Of a stretch of DNA of 64,000 nucleotides, positions 1 through 8,940 are shown piece after piece. Numbering within the stretch: the stretch's first letter is position 1; every line of letters begins with the position of its first letter. Location: NCBI GenBank assembly GCA_903908245.1, contig CAIVRE010000024.1:9676-73675 (forward strand), given 5' to 3'. Below the pieces are notes generated by a model that was not told the DNA's origin, ran no database searches, and saw only the letters and a program-made list of their open reading frames with translations. The DNA is from Candidatus Omnitrophota bacterium (lineage in GTDB: Bacteria; Omnitrophota; Gorgyraeia; Zapsychrales; Fredricksoniimonadaceae). The position numbers were made by a program, and so were the translations under genes.

Positions 1-3
1 GGA

Positions 4-1578
4 ATGAATCTTATAAAGTTGCCGACAGTCGTGTCTGAAAAACGGTCCGCAGGCAGGGCAGGGTTTTTTCTTTTTCTGATCATGGCCTTCGGTTTCGCCG
101 TCCGGATCTTTCATCTGGGGCATAAGGAGCTTTGGTGTGATGAGGTCAGCAGCGTTACCCTCGCCCGGAATGCGTATAATATTTTCAGTGCCCTTTCCTA
201 TAAGCCGTTGTATTTCCTGTTCCTGAAGTTCTGGATATATTTCTTTGGTATGGCGGAATTTGCCGTCAGGCTTCCTTCGGTCATATTCGGTACGGCCACA
301 ATATTCGTTATATACAAATTGGGGCAGGAGATCTCCGGCAGAAAAGCCGGATTGATCGCCGCGTTCCTTTTGTCCATTTCCTGTTTTCACATTTATCAAT
401 CGCAACAGGCGCGTCATTTTACCTTGATGGTCTTGTTGATCTGCCTGTCATATTTGTGTTTTATTCGTGCGCTTAAGGGGAAAGATGCGGTTTTGAACCG
501 TTGGCTTAACGGCGGGGTTAACGTCCTTCTTGTTTTTATGCATCCTTATGCCCTGGCGGGTGTTCTTGTTCAGCCTTTTTTTGTCTATGGTTTCCTGGAA
601 CGCAAAGTCAAACTGGAATGGGTCAGGGTCCATATTGTCATGGCCGTGGCCGTTGCCCTCTGGCTCCTGTTCTCCGAGAAAGGGGAGATGTATTACAATA
701 CTTTGTGGATAACCGGGCCCGGCTGGGAGGCGATACCGGAGGTTTTTCAGACGTTCTCTTATGGCGGGTTGAGATACGGGCTTTGGGATTATAAGGTTAT
801 TTTTGGGTCGCTACTGCCGGTGAATATCCTTTTCTTGTTGTATTGTTTCTTTCTTGTCAGAGGTGTTAACTTCGGTTTAAGGATGCGAGATCGTTCAAGG
901 CTGATGATCCTGATGCTCGGGTGGCTCCTTTTGCCTATGGCCGGTGCCCTGCTTGTTTCCATTGTTCGTCCTGTTTTTCTGGTGAAACATTTGATCATTT
1001 CACTGCCGGCGTTCTGTTTGATCGTTGCTTTGGGGATCGCATCCCTGAGGTCTTTTCAGTCGATCATGTTTTTATTATCGATCGTATTCCTTTTGAATAT
1101 TTATCCGCTCATGAATATTTATGCACAGGATGCGCATATTCATTGGAGAGAGAATGTGTTGTTCCTGAAAGATAATATCAGGGAGGGGGATGCTGTTGTC
1201 GTTTCTACGGGGACTGACCTGCTGCCGTTCCTTTATTATTTTGGGGATACACCGGGAAAAGCTCTTTATGGTTATGATAAATATTTTTATTGCCGGAAAA
1301 GTGACGGCACGTGTTCTCCTTTTATTTATGAAACCTCGCATTTAATTATCGGGATCCCCCATGATATGGGGCAGGGGCCTGAGGCAATAAGGCGCATCGC
1401 CCGGGAGAGGCTCGATGCGTTAATGAGCCGTAAGCCGATGGTCATCTGGTTGATGGCGGGGCGTTGGACGGGGCAGTCGAGGGAGCAGGATTTTGCCGCT
1501 TATTTGGGCCGTTCCTACAGGCTGGTATTTAAAAAAGCAGGATCGGGTGTTACTACCTACAAGTTTGAGAAGATATGA
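4..1578 (+). CDS. GT-C fold membrane glycosyltransferase, ArnT/PMT-like (GT39/GT83-type); N-terminus may extend beyond the window edge
   Basis: 524-aa multi-TM ORF. The early loop motif 'LWCDEVSSVTLARN' resembles the ArnT/PMT 'DE..Y/R' first periplasmic loop. The stop overlaps the next start (ATGA). Confidence 0.6.
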   Translation: MNLIKLPTVVSEKRSAGRAGFFLFLIMAFGFAVRIFHLGHKELWCDEVSSVTLARNAYNIFSALSYKPLYFLFLKFWIYFFGMAEFAVRLPSVIFGTATIFVIYKLGQEISGRKAGLIAAFLLSISCFHIYQSQQARHFTLMVLLICLSYLCFIRALKGKDAVLNRWLNGGVNVLLVFMHPYALAGVLVQPFFVYGFLERKVKLEWVRVHIVMAVAVALWLLFSEKGEMYYNTLWITGPGWEAIPEVFQTFSYGGLRYGLWDYKVIFGSLLPVNILFLLYCFFLVRGVNFGLRMRDRSRLMILMLGWLLLPMAGALLVSIVRPVFLVKHLIISLPAFCLIVALGIASLRSFQSIMFLLSIVFLLNIYPLMNIYAQDAHIHWRENVLFLKDNIREGDAVVVSTGTDLLPFLYYFGDTPGKALYGYDKYFYCRKSDGTCSPFIYETSHLIIGIPHDMGQGPEAIRRIARERLDALMSRKPMVIWLMAGRWTGQSREQDFAAYLGRSYRLVFKKAGSGVTTYKFEKI

Positions 1579-2558
1579 GGCTGAAGAATAAGCTGCAGGC
1601 GTTGCGTTCATTGTGTAAAGTCAGGCTCCTGGGGCAAAGAGTGCCTTTGGCGGTGCGCTGGCAGTTGACCAATCGCTGTGTCGCCAGGTGCAAGTATTGT
1701 GCTGTCTGGCAAACGCCCGAGCAGGAAATGTCGATCGATCAGATCACGGCTATCCTCGACGAAATGGCGGCGATGGGGACGCAGACCATTTCTTTCAGCG
1801 GCGGGGAGCCGATGCTTCGGGAAGATATCGGGCTGATCCTGGAAGAAACGGCCGGGAGAGGGATCTCGACGGAAATGAATTCGACAGGCGCGGGGATCCC
1901 GGAGAATATCGCCCGGCTAAAGCACCTTGATTTCCTCAAGATCAGCCTTGATGGCCCGCAAGAGGTCCATGATGAGGTGAGGGGGAAGGGGTCCTTCAGG
2001 TATGCCATGGCCGCGGCCGAAGCGGCGGGCGCGAACAAGCTCAAGTTCATTTTTTCGACGACATTGACAAGGTTTAATATTAAAGAGGTCGATTTTCTTC
2101 TGGGAACGGCAAAGAAATTCAATACTCTTGTGGCGTTCCAGCCGCTTAAAAGCCTGTATCGCGGCGTCAAGGATGTCGGCGCCCTGGCTCCGCGCAAGGA
2201 AGATTATGCAGCGGCCATTCAAAAGCTGATCGATCGCAAGAAGAAGGGGGATCCGCATTTGAGGAATTCCCTGATAGGGTTGCGGCATATTTCCCGTTGG
2301 CCGGATTATCCGCGCCTGGAGTGCTGGGCGGGGCAGATCTTTTGTATCCTTAATACGAACGGGGCCCTGATGCCGTGCGACCGGATCGCGTATAATTCTC
2401 AATTGCCCAATTGCCTGGATTCGGGGTTCAGGAAGGCTTTTTTGTCCCTTCCTGAGCCTTGTTGCGGCGGGTGTGGATTTTGCGGAGTGCTTGAACTCAA
2501 TTTTCTGATGTCGTTCCGCCTGGGCACGCTTGAGAGTATTTATAATATCATCAAATGA
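1575..2558 (+). CDS. radical SAM enzyme with C-terminal SPASM/twitch Cys-rich domain
   Basis: CxxxCxxC motif 'CVARCKYC' follows 'LTNRC'. The C-terminus is Cys-rich ('ECWAG...FCIL...PCD...CCGGCGFCG'). Paralogous to ORF 4814..5821. Confidence 0.75.
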   Translation: MRLKNKLQALRSLCKVRLLGQRVPLAVRWQLTNRCVARCKYCAVWQTPEQEMSIDQITAILDEMAAMGTQTISFSGGEPMLREDIGLILEETAGRGISTEMNSTGAGIPENIARLKHLDFLKISLDGPQEVHDEVRGKGSFRYAMAAAEAAGANKLKFIFSTTLTRFNIKEVDFLLGTAKKFNTLVAFQPLKSLYRGVKDVGALAPRKEDYAAAIQKLIDRKKKGDPHLRNSLIGLRHISRWPDYPRLECWAGQIFCILNTNGALMPCDRIAYNSQLPNCLDSGFRKAFLSLPEPCCGGCGFCGVLELNFLMSFRLGTLESIYNIIK

Positions 2559-2571
2559 TGGGCCATGGTTT

Positions 2572-3558
2572 ATGTGGAATTTAAGGAAAACAGCCAATCG
2601 ATTCCGCCTGTTGAATGCGTATCTTGGAGGCGCCGCTTCTTTTTCAGGGATGCCGGCCGCCTTGTTCATTGAAATGACCAACAGGTGCAATATCAATTGC
2701 ATTACCTGCCCGAGGGCAGAGCTCAATGCCCGTCCGCAGGACATGTCATTCGGATTGTTCAAGCGCATTGTTGATGAGGCAAGGCCATATGCCGAGTTCG
2801 TTGATTTTTCTTTTCGTGGCGAATCGTTATTGAACGATAATATCTTTCAGATGATCGGGTACGCGAAGAGGGCGGGGATGCTTACCAGTTTGCCGACCAA
2901 CGGGCTGTTGTTAAGTGAGGCCAATTGCGCGGCATTGCTTGGCGCCGGGCTTGATCTTCTGACCGTCAGTATCGATGCGTTCTCGGAGGGGACTTACAGC
3001 CGGATAAAACGCGGGGGGGATTATCAGCATGTTGTCGGGAATGTCAGGCGCATGGTCGAGCTTAACAACAGAAGCAGGAAGCCCCTGACGATCATTGTCC
3101 AGATGCTTCGTGTGGAAGAGAATGGCGCGGAGTTTAAAAGTTTCAAGGCTTTTTGGGAGCGGGAGAAGCGCGTATTCGCGAAGAACAAGCCTTTTTCAAG
3201 CCGCGCCGGATCGGTCGGCAATAAGGCGCTGGTTTTGAGGAAAGGGCGCCTTGTCCGGTGTTCAAGGATCTGGAAGGGGCTGTATGTCTATGCGGACGGG
3301 ATGGTTGTCCCTTGTTGTAATGATTTTTTCTCCCGGCATCCGTTAGGGGACCTGAATTCACAGTCCATTGAAGAGGTGTGGAACGGGAAGGCTTTTGTTG
3401 ACCTGCGTCGGCATCATTGTACGGGGGAATTCGGACTGACGCCGATGTGCGGGGATTGCGAATTTCTCGGGACGGATTTTCATAAACAGCTGGCGACATT
3501 TGTGGTGGATGACCTTTCGGTGCGTCAATTGCTGGCGATCCTTGGCCCCGATTATTAG
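2572..3558 (+). CDS. radical SAM enzyme with SPASM-like C-terminal Cys cluster (anSME/PqqE-like subfamily)
   Basis: 'EMTNRCNINCITCPR' CxxxCxxC motif; C-terminal 'PCCNDFF...CTGEFGLTPMCGDCEF'. Start is uncertain: ATG at 2572 is the first ATG after the upstream stop, and the alternative ATG at 2530 overlaps the upstream gene. Confidence 0.7.
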   Translation: MWNLRKTANRFRLLNAYLGGAASFSGMPAALFIEMTNRCNINCITCPRAELNARPQDMSFGLFKRIVDEARPYAEFVDFSFRGESLLNDNIFQMIGYAKRAGMLTSLPTNGLLLSEANCAALLGAGLDLLTVSIDAFSEGTYSRIKRGGDYQHVVGNVRRMVELNNRSRKPLTIIVQMLRVEENGAEFKSFKAFWEREKRVFAKNKPFSSRAGSVGNKALVLRKGRLVRCSRIWKGLYVYADGMVVPCCNDFFSRHPLGDLNSQSIEEVWNGKAFVDLRRHHCTGEFGLTPMCGDCEFLGTDFHKQLATFVVDDLSVRQLLAILGPDY

Positions 3559-3571
3559 AGAGGGTTTATTG

Positions 3572-4783
3572 ATGTTTCCCGTGGTTAGCAGAAGAGTGGT
3601 CGGTCTTTATAAAGGTGAACTGGCAGATATCGGGCGGCTGTTATTCCGGAAGCAGTTCATCAAGGGCCGTTACACCGATATCTTCGAGAAGGATTTTGCC
3701 AGGTATACCGGAGCGAAGTACGCCATTGCTGTCGGGTCCGGAAGGCTTGCGCTTTATGCGATCCTTCAGGCTTTGGATCTGCCCAAAGGCAGTCAGGTCA
3801 TAGTGTCGGCCTATGAGGATATGAGCGTCCCGGAGGCGATCCGCCAGGCCGGCCTTGAGCCTGTTTTCGTTGATATCGACTGTAAAACGCAGAATATCGA
3901 TCTGTCGCAGTTAAAAGGCAAACTGACGGATAAAACTTCGGCGGTCGTGGCGGCGCATATTTTTGGTAATCCGCTGGATGTCCCGGGGATCAGGGCGATC
4001 ATCGGTGAGCGAAAGATCTCGGTCATAGAAGATTGCGCGCATGCCCTGGGGACAAGGTTTGCCGGCGAACATGTCGGGACGGCGGGTGACGTTGCGTTCT
4101 TCAGTTTTAATACGACCAAGCCGTTCATGTGTTTTGGCGGCGGAATGATCATTACGGGTGATGAAAGGATCCATGACGCGTTAAGATCGTATACCAACAG
4201 TTTGCCTTATCCGGGGTATTTCGATATCATGAACCGGATCTTTTCGACGTATTTCCTGTATTTTCTGACTTCGGAGCTGGTGTTTTCTTTGTTTGTTTTT
4301 CCTTGCCTGAATTTTCTGGTCTTGATCAATGTTGAACCGAGGGTCATTTATAAAAAGTTATTTAAAAGATCGAAAAAGAGCATTGAGGCCGTAAAGTTCG
4401 CGAATATCCAGGCATTCATCGGGATAAGGAATTTTGAGGGCCTTGAGAATGCTTTGATGACAAGAGGGCGGAATGCCCGGATGCTGGATGCATTGATAAG
4501 AAGCGATATCAGCCGCCCATTACGGGCGGAAGGTTGTAATTATTATTTTTTTATCCTTTTTTCCAAAGATCGGGATGCTTTCAGGCGAAGGATGTTAAGG
4601 GAGGGGCTTGACAGCGGCCAGTCATTGATGAGGGATTGCGAGGCTCTTTTTAAAGCCAATGAGCTTTTTCCCAATACGGGCCTGAGCAGGGCGGAAAGCG
4701 TTCAGATCCCGGTATACGAGCAGTTGCCGCAGGGAAAGATCGAGGCGATCGCACGGATCATTAACAGGTGTTTTGTCTGTTGA
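3572..4783 (+). CDS. DegT/DnrJ/EryC1/StrS-family PLP-dependent sugar aminotransferase (or dehydratase) carrying a ~50-aa hydrophobic insertion
   Basis: N-terminal 'AIAVGSGRLALYAIL' and PLP-Lys region 'FSFNTTKPFMCFGGGMI' are typical of the DegT family. An insertion 'IFSTYFLYFLTSELVFSLFVFPCLNFLVLINV' lies between the PLP-Lys segment and the C-terminal domain. ATG at 3572 lies 13 nt after the upstream stop. Confidence 0.7.
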   Translation: MFPVVSRRVVGLYKGELADIGRLLFRKQFIKGRYTDIFEKDFARYTGAKYAIAVGSGRLALYAILQALDLPKGSQVIVSAYEDMSVPEAIRQAGLEPVFVDIDCKTQNIDLSQLKGKLTDKTSAVVAAHIFGNPLDVPGIRAIIGERKISVIEDCAHALGTRFAGEHVGTAGDVAFFSFNTTKPFMCFGGGMIITGDERIHDALRSYTNSLPYPGYFDIMNRIFSTYFLYFLTSELVFSLFVFPCLNFLVLINVEPRVIYKKLFKRSKKSIEAVKFANIQAFIGIRNFEGLENALMTRGRNARMLDALIRSDISRPLRAEGCNYYFFILFSKDRDAFRRRMLREGLDSGQSLMRDCEALFKANELFPNTGLSRAESVQIPVYEQLPQGKIEAIARIINRCFVC

Positions 4784-4813
4784 CGGTATTTATGTGGTGT
4801 TAGGGATCGGAAA

Positions 4814-5821
4814 ATGAGCAAAAAAATCATTGGAAAGATCGGGATCCTGAGCCGGAAGGCGGGGATATGCGCCGCGTTCCTGAAGGCGGTCGTATCGGGC
4901 CAGGTGAAGCCTTTTGCCATAGGATGGTGCATAACGAACAGATGCAATTCAAAATGTGTTTACTGCCATTCCTGGAAAAACGCGGGTCCGGAGTTAAGCA
5001 CGGACCAGGCCAAAGAGATCATGCTTCTTTTGTCCAGCCGGGGGACGCGGGTCATTCGATTTACAGGAGGAGAACCGCTCTTGAGGGATGATCTGCCGGA
5101 ACTCCTTGCTTTGAGCAAAAGCCTGGGGATATGGACTGTCGTTGCGACGAACGGTATTCTAGTGCCGCTGAAGATCAGGGAGCTCAAGGGTGTTGACAGT
5201 GTCAGTATTTCCATTGATGGCCCGGAACATGTTCATGATGTGCTGCGCGGGGCCGGGTCCTATCAAAAAGCTGTGGAGGCGTGTGTTGTTTTATCCAGGG
5301 AGAATATTCCGGTCTCTATTTCAACGGTCTTGACGTCTTTGAATTCGGACAGTATTGAGCATGTCCTGGAACTTGCGTCGCGGTTCAGGGCGAAAGCCCA
5401 TTTTCAGCCGGCTACGGAGGTCATTTTGCGCGGGGATACCCCTAACGCATTTCTTCTTGAGGATGCTGATCGTTCCCGGGTGCTGGGCCGGTTGCTGGAC
5501 TTGAAGAAGAAGGGCGGGAGGGTCGGGAATTCAGGCGAGGCGTTGAAATACCTTTTAGGCCGGCCGCGCAGGGAGATCAGGGATTGTGTCGCGGGAAAGC
5601 TTTTTTTCCGGATCGAGGCGGAAGGAGATATGCGTGCTTGTCCGAGGTCGGGAAGACCGGCGGAGCGGTTAAATATATTAAGGCAGGGCCTGGACCATTG
5701 CCTGAAGAGCGTCGGTTCCCGCTCGTGTGATCATTGCCGGAGCGCCGCGATGATCGAAATGAATTTGCTCGCTGGTTTGAATTGGGGTTCCGTTGTTAAT
5801 GGCATAAGAAAGTTTTTTTGA
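4814..5821 (+). CDS. radical SAM enzyme with twitch/SPASM C-terminal Cys cluster (paralogue of 1575..2558)
   Basis: 'WCITNRCNSKCVYCHSW' CxxxCxxC motif. It shares 'FTGGEPLLRDDL' and 'ISIDGPEHVHDVLRGAGSY' with the ORF at 1575. C-terminal Cys residues 'DCVAG...ACPR...HCLK...SCDHC'. Confidence 0.75.
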   Translation: MSKKIIGKIGILSRKAGICAAFLKAVVSGQVKPFAIGWCITNRCNSKCVYCHSWKNAGPELSTDQAKEIMLLLSSRGTRVIRFTGGEPLLRDDLPELLALSKSLGIWTVVATNGILVPLKIRELKGVDSVSISIDGPEHVHDVLRGAGSYQKAVEACVVLSRENIPVSISTVLTSLNSDSIEHVLELASRFRAKAHFQPATEVILRGDTPNAFLLEDADRSRVLGRLLDLKKKGGRVGNSGEALKYLLGRPRREIRDCVAGKLFFRIEAEGDMRACPRSGRPAERLNILRQGLDHCLKSVGSRSCDHCRSAAMIEMNLLAGLNWGSVVNGIRKFF

Positions 5822-5843
5822 ATCCTGGCAATGAAAGGGTTGA

Positions 5844-7262
5844 ATGAGGGTTGTTCTGGTCCATTGTCCTTTTGATCATCGGGACTTTTCAGAGAATCTG
5901 AAGGTCGTCGACGAGGAGTTCTGCCTTGCGCCGCCGGTCATCCTGGCGTATGTCGCGGCGATCCTGGAGAAGGCGGGCCATGATGTGATCATTGTTGATG
6001 CCAATGCGCTCAAGCTTTCCAGGGAGCAGGCATCGGCGGTCATCCGGCAATTCGCGCCCGATATCATCGGGTTCCGGGCCGACACATACTGGTTCCACCG
6101 GGTCGTGGAGTGGGCGTCTTATTTCAAGGCGCACCTCAAGGCCAGGATCATCGTCGGAGGGCCAAATATCGCTTTGTATCCGAAGGAGTCGTTGTCGTAT
6201 GGCTGCTTTGATTACGGCTTGTCCGGTGAGGCGAATGGATCTTTGCCCGCGTTGTTGGCTTGCCTTGAGGGTGGAACAAGCCCCGGGGCGGTCGAGGGCC
6301 TGGTGTACAGGTCCGGAGCGAATATTGTTGTTAACCCTCCGTCGGAACAGGTGACCGGCTTTGACGATTATCCGTTTCCCGCCAGGCATTTGCTGCCGAA
6401 CCATCTTTACAGCTCTTTTACATCCCAGAGGAAGAATTTTTCCATTGTCCTGACCAGTATCGGCTGCCCTTACGAATGCAATTTCTGCGCGATCAGCGGC
6501 CGGAATTTTCGGCACAGGTCGGCGGGCAATGTTGCCGACGAGATCGAGCGGTGTTACAAGGACCAGGATATCCGCGAGATCGATTTTTTCTCCGCATCGT
6601 TCTTTTTTAACAGGCCGTTCGTGGTGGAATTGTGCGGGGAATTGATCAAAAGGAAGATCAGGGTCGAATGGTCATGCCGGAGCCGTGTCGACCAGGTCGA
6701 TCAGGGGATCCTTAAGCAGGCGTATCAGGCCGGATGCCGGAAGATCTATTACGGGATCGAATCCTCTTCGCCCGATGTCTTGAGCCGGACGTCCAAAGGG
6801 ATCAACGTTGAGCAGGTCAGGGAGGCGGTCCGATGGACGCGGGAAGCGAAGATCGGCGCTTTGGGGTTTTTTATGGTCGGGAATTCCGGGGATACAAGGG
6901 AAAGCATCCTTGCCACGATCGATTTCGCGAAGGGGCTGGAACTCGATTACGTTCAGGTTTGCCGGACGATCGCCAAGCCGGATACGCAATTGAACAGCCT
7001 TGTTATTTCTTGTACCGGTAAAGACCCATGGAGAGAGTATGTCCGGGATGGCAATGAACGCAGGGACTTTCCGTCTCCCTGGACCTCCTTGTCGAGGGAG
7101 GAGCTCGACGGGTATGTGGACCGCTTCTACAGGGAATTTTATTTTCGCCCGTCGTATATTGTCAGGAGGATCCTGAAGATCCGGTCATTGGAGGAGTTGT
7201 TCCGGTATGTCAGGGTGGGATTGCGCTGGGTTCTGGCCGGTAAAGAACGAGGCAGAGGATAA
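5844..7262 (+). CDS. class B (cobalamin-binding domain) radical SAM enzyme, probable methyltransferase
   Basis: N-terminal B12-binding-like Rossmann region 'VVLVHCPFD...VAAILEKAGHDVIIVDAN', then 'SIGCPYECNFCAIS' CxxxCxxC; 472 aa. Confidence 0.75.
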   Translation: MRVVLVHCPFDHRDFSENLKVVDEEFCLAPPVILAYVAAILEKAGHDVIIVDANALKLSREQASAVIRQFAPDIIGFRADTYWFHRVVEWASYFKAHLKARIIVGGPNIALYPKESLSYGCFDYGLSGEANGSLPALLACLEGGTSPGAVEGLVYRSGANIVVNPPSEQVTGFDDYPFPARHLLPNHLYSSFTSQRKNFSIVLTSIGCPYECNFCAISGRNFRHRSAGNVADEIERCYKDQDIREIDFFSASFFFNRPFVVELCGELIKRKIRVEWSCRSRVDQVDQGILKQAYQAGCRKIYYGIESSSPDVLSRTSKGINVEQVREAVRWTREAKIGALGFFMVGNSGDTRESILATIDFAKGLELDYVQVCRTIAKPDTQLNSLVISCTGKDPWREYVRDGNERRDFPSPWTSLSREELDGYVDRFYREFYFRPSYIVRRILKIRSLEELFRYVRVGLRWVLAGKERGRG

Positions 7263-8221
7263 TGCGTTTGAACAAGATCGCGGACGGAGCATCCGTAGTA
7301 ATAACCCTTGGCTTCCTGTTCTTTTTATTTTCAACAGTGCAGTGGCCGGAAATGGGACGCGTCCTTAAAGGGATGGATGCGTTCTATTTTGTGTTGGCAG
7401 TTTTGGTCGCGTTATTTTCCAGCGCCTGGATCGGGGCCGGGAGATTCCGGATGATCATTAAAGTCCTGGGCGGGGAGATATCTTTTGCCGAAGCGTTTCG
7501 GGTCAAATTGGGCAGTCAGCCGTTGAATTTATTGCCATCAGGGCAGGCGGACCTTTTATCCCAGGTGGTTTATTTAAAAAGGAACAGCAGGTTTTCTTAT
7601 ATATCCGGCCTTTATTATGTTGTATTGGCCCTTGTTTCCAAAGTCCTGGCATTATTGATCCCTGTGGCTGTCATGTTATTGTTCTTTTGGCCTCCGGGAT
7701 ATCTTCCGGCTTTGGAGCGTTTTAAGCCCGTGCTGTGGGCCTGTTGCGCGGCGGGCATGGTCCCTGTTTTGATCTGGGTATTGATAAGGCTCAAGAGTTT
7801 CCGGAGAGCCGTTCTTTCCTGGATCCCCGTAGCCGATACGGGGTGGGCATCGGAAGTGCGCAAAGCCGTTGATGTGTATGGCGGGATCAGCAGCGGTCCA
7901 ATGGCAGGTCTTCTGCTTTATTCCATGGCATTCCAGTATTCCCAGTTCCTTGTTTTTTATTGGCTGGCCAGGAGCCTGGGGCTTGGGATATCTTTATTCG
8001 CTGTTGTCATGTTCCTGCCGCTGGTGGTCATTCTTTCCAATATCCCTGTTACAGTGGGAGGGTTCGGATTGCGCGAGTCTTTGATCGTGCTCTTTTTTGC
8101 CTCATACGGGGGGAAAGAAGCGGCCCTGGCTCTTGGGGTCCTGTTCTCTTTCGCTGAATATATTGTCCCGGCATTTTTCGGGCTGTTCTTTCTCAGGCCG
8201 TATCTGAAGAAATTATTTTAG
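7262..8221 (+). CDS. flippase-like domain membrane protein (LPG_synthase_TM / TIGR00374-type)
   Basis: 319-aa multi-TM protein with motif 'LNLLPSGQADLLSQVVYLKR'. Members of this family are usually adjacent to polyprenol-P GT2 genes. Start overlaps the upstream stop (TAATG). Confidence 0.55.
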   Translation: MRLNKIADGASVVITLGFLFFLFSTVQWPEMGRVLKGMDAFYFVLAVLVALFSSAWIGAGRFRMIIKVLGGEISFAEAFRVKLGSQPLNLLPSGQADLLSQVVYLKRNSRFSYISGLYYVVLALVSKVLALLIPVAVMLLFFWPPGYLPALERFKPVLWACCAAGMVPVLIWVLIRLKSFRRAVLSWIPVADTGWASEVRKAVDVYGGISSGPMAGLLLYSMAFQYSQFLVFYWLARSLGLGISLFAVVMFLPLVVILSNIPVTVGGFGLRESLIVLFFASYGGKEAALALGVLFSFAEYIVPAFFGLFFLRPYLKKLF

Positions 8222-8934
8222 GCCTGTGATGAGGAGCGGCGGAGGCGATTGCCGAGGACAAGCTGGAAATAATCCAGGATAACGCTCACGGTCAGCTTGC
8301 TTTTTCCGTACCGGCGCGGCCGGAAGGGATAGGGCAGTTCCTGGAACTTCGGGGGAACGGGGGAGGACAGGAGCAGGTCGAGAAGGATCTTGAACCCTTT
8401 TCCGCTGAGCTGTCCGACGGACCGGTCGAAGAAGTCTTTGCGGACAAGAAAGAACCCGCTCAAGGGGTCCTTGACCTTGAGCCCGGTGATCATTTGAGTG
8501 AACCGCGCGGCGACAGCGCTTGTTGCAACGCGGCCCGAAGTCCATCCTGCCATGCCGTTTCCGGTGACATACCGGCTTCCGATCGCAATATCCAGGGATC
8601 CTTCCTTGATGGCTTTGAGCATCAGGGGAAGAAGGCGTTCGTCATGCTGAAGGTCCGCATCCATGACCGCGCAAAAGGGGGCTTCGGATAATTGCATCCC
8701 TTCAATGCAGGCGGAAGACAGGCCGCGGCGGCCGATGCGCTGATGGCATCGGACCCGGGGATCCTTGAGGCTTTGGTCCCTGATGAGCCCGGCAGTCCCG
8801 TCCGGCGAATCATCATCCACGCAAATGACTTCCCAGTCGAGGCCGTTCAGCGCGGCATGCAGTTTTTCCAGAAGAGGCAGGATATTGTGTTTTTCCTGAT
8901 AGGTCGGGATAATGACAGACAGTTCAACGGCCAT
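8218..8934 (-). CDS. GT2 polyprenol-phosphate glycosyltransferase (DPM1/ArnC/GtrB-like)
   Basis: 'LSVIIPTYQEKHNILPLLEKL...VICVDDDSPDGT' GT2 N-terminal signature; 238 aa. Convergent with, and overlapping by 4 bp, the flippase-like gene. Confidence 0.75.
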   Translation of the reverse strand: MAVELSVIIPTYQEKHNILPLLEKLHAALNGLDWEVICVDDDSPDGTAGLIRDQSLKDPRVRCHQRIGRRGLSSACIEGMQLSEAPFCAVMDADLQHDERLLPLMLKAIKEGSLDIAIGSRYVTGNGMAGWTSGRVATSAVAARFTQMITGLKVKDPLSGFFLVRKDFFDRSVGQLSGKGFKILLDLLLSSPVPPKFQELPYPFRPRRYGKSKLTVSVILDYFQLVLGNRLRRSSSQA

Positions 8935-8940
8935 GGGTCC

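Noticed and set aside
2530..2571. Upstream ATG at 2530 as the start of the second radical SAM gene, and 26117 as the start of the E1 beta-like gene
   Set aside because: Both would overlap the preceding gene by 29-97 nt, whereas downstream ATGs (2572, 26213) immediately follow or overlap the upstream stop and retain all conserved motifs.
1575..5821. RiPP or peptide-cofactor maturation system (SPASM radical SAM enzymes are classic peptide modifiers)
   Set aside because: No small ORF or open intergenic space exists anywhere in 1-8 kb to encode a precursor peptide, and the neighbours are glycosylation enzymes.
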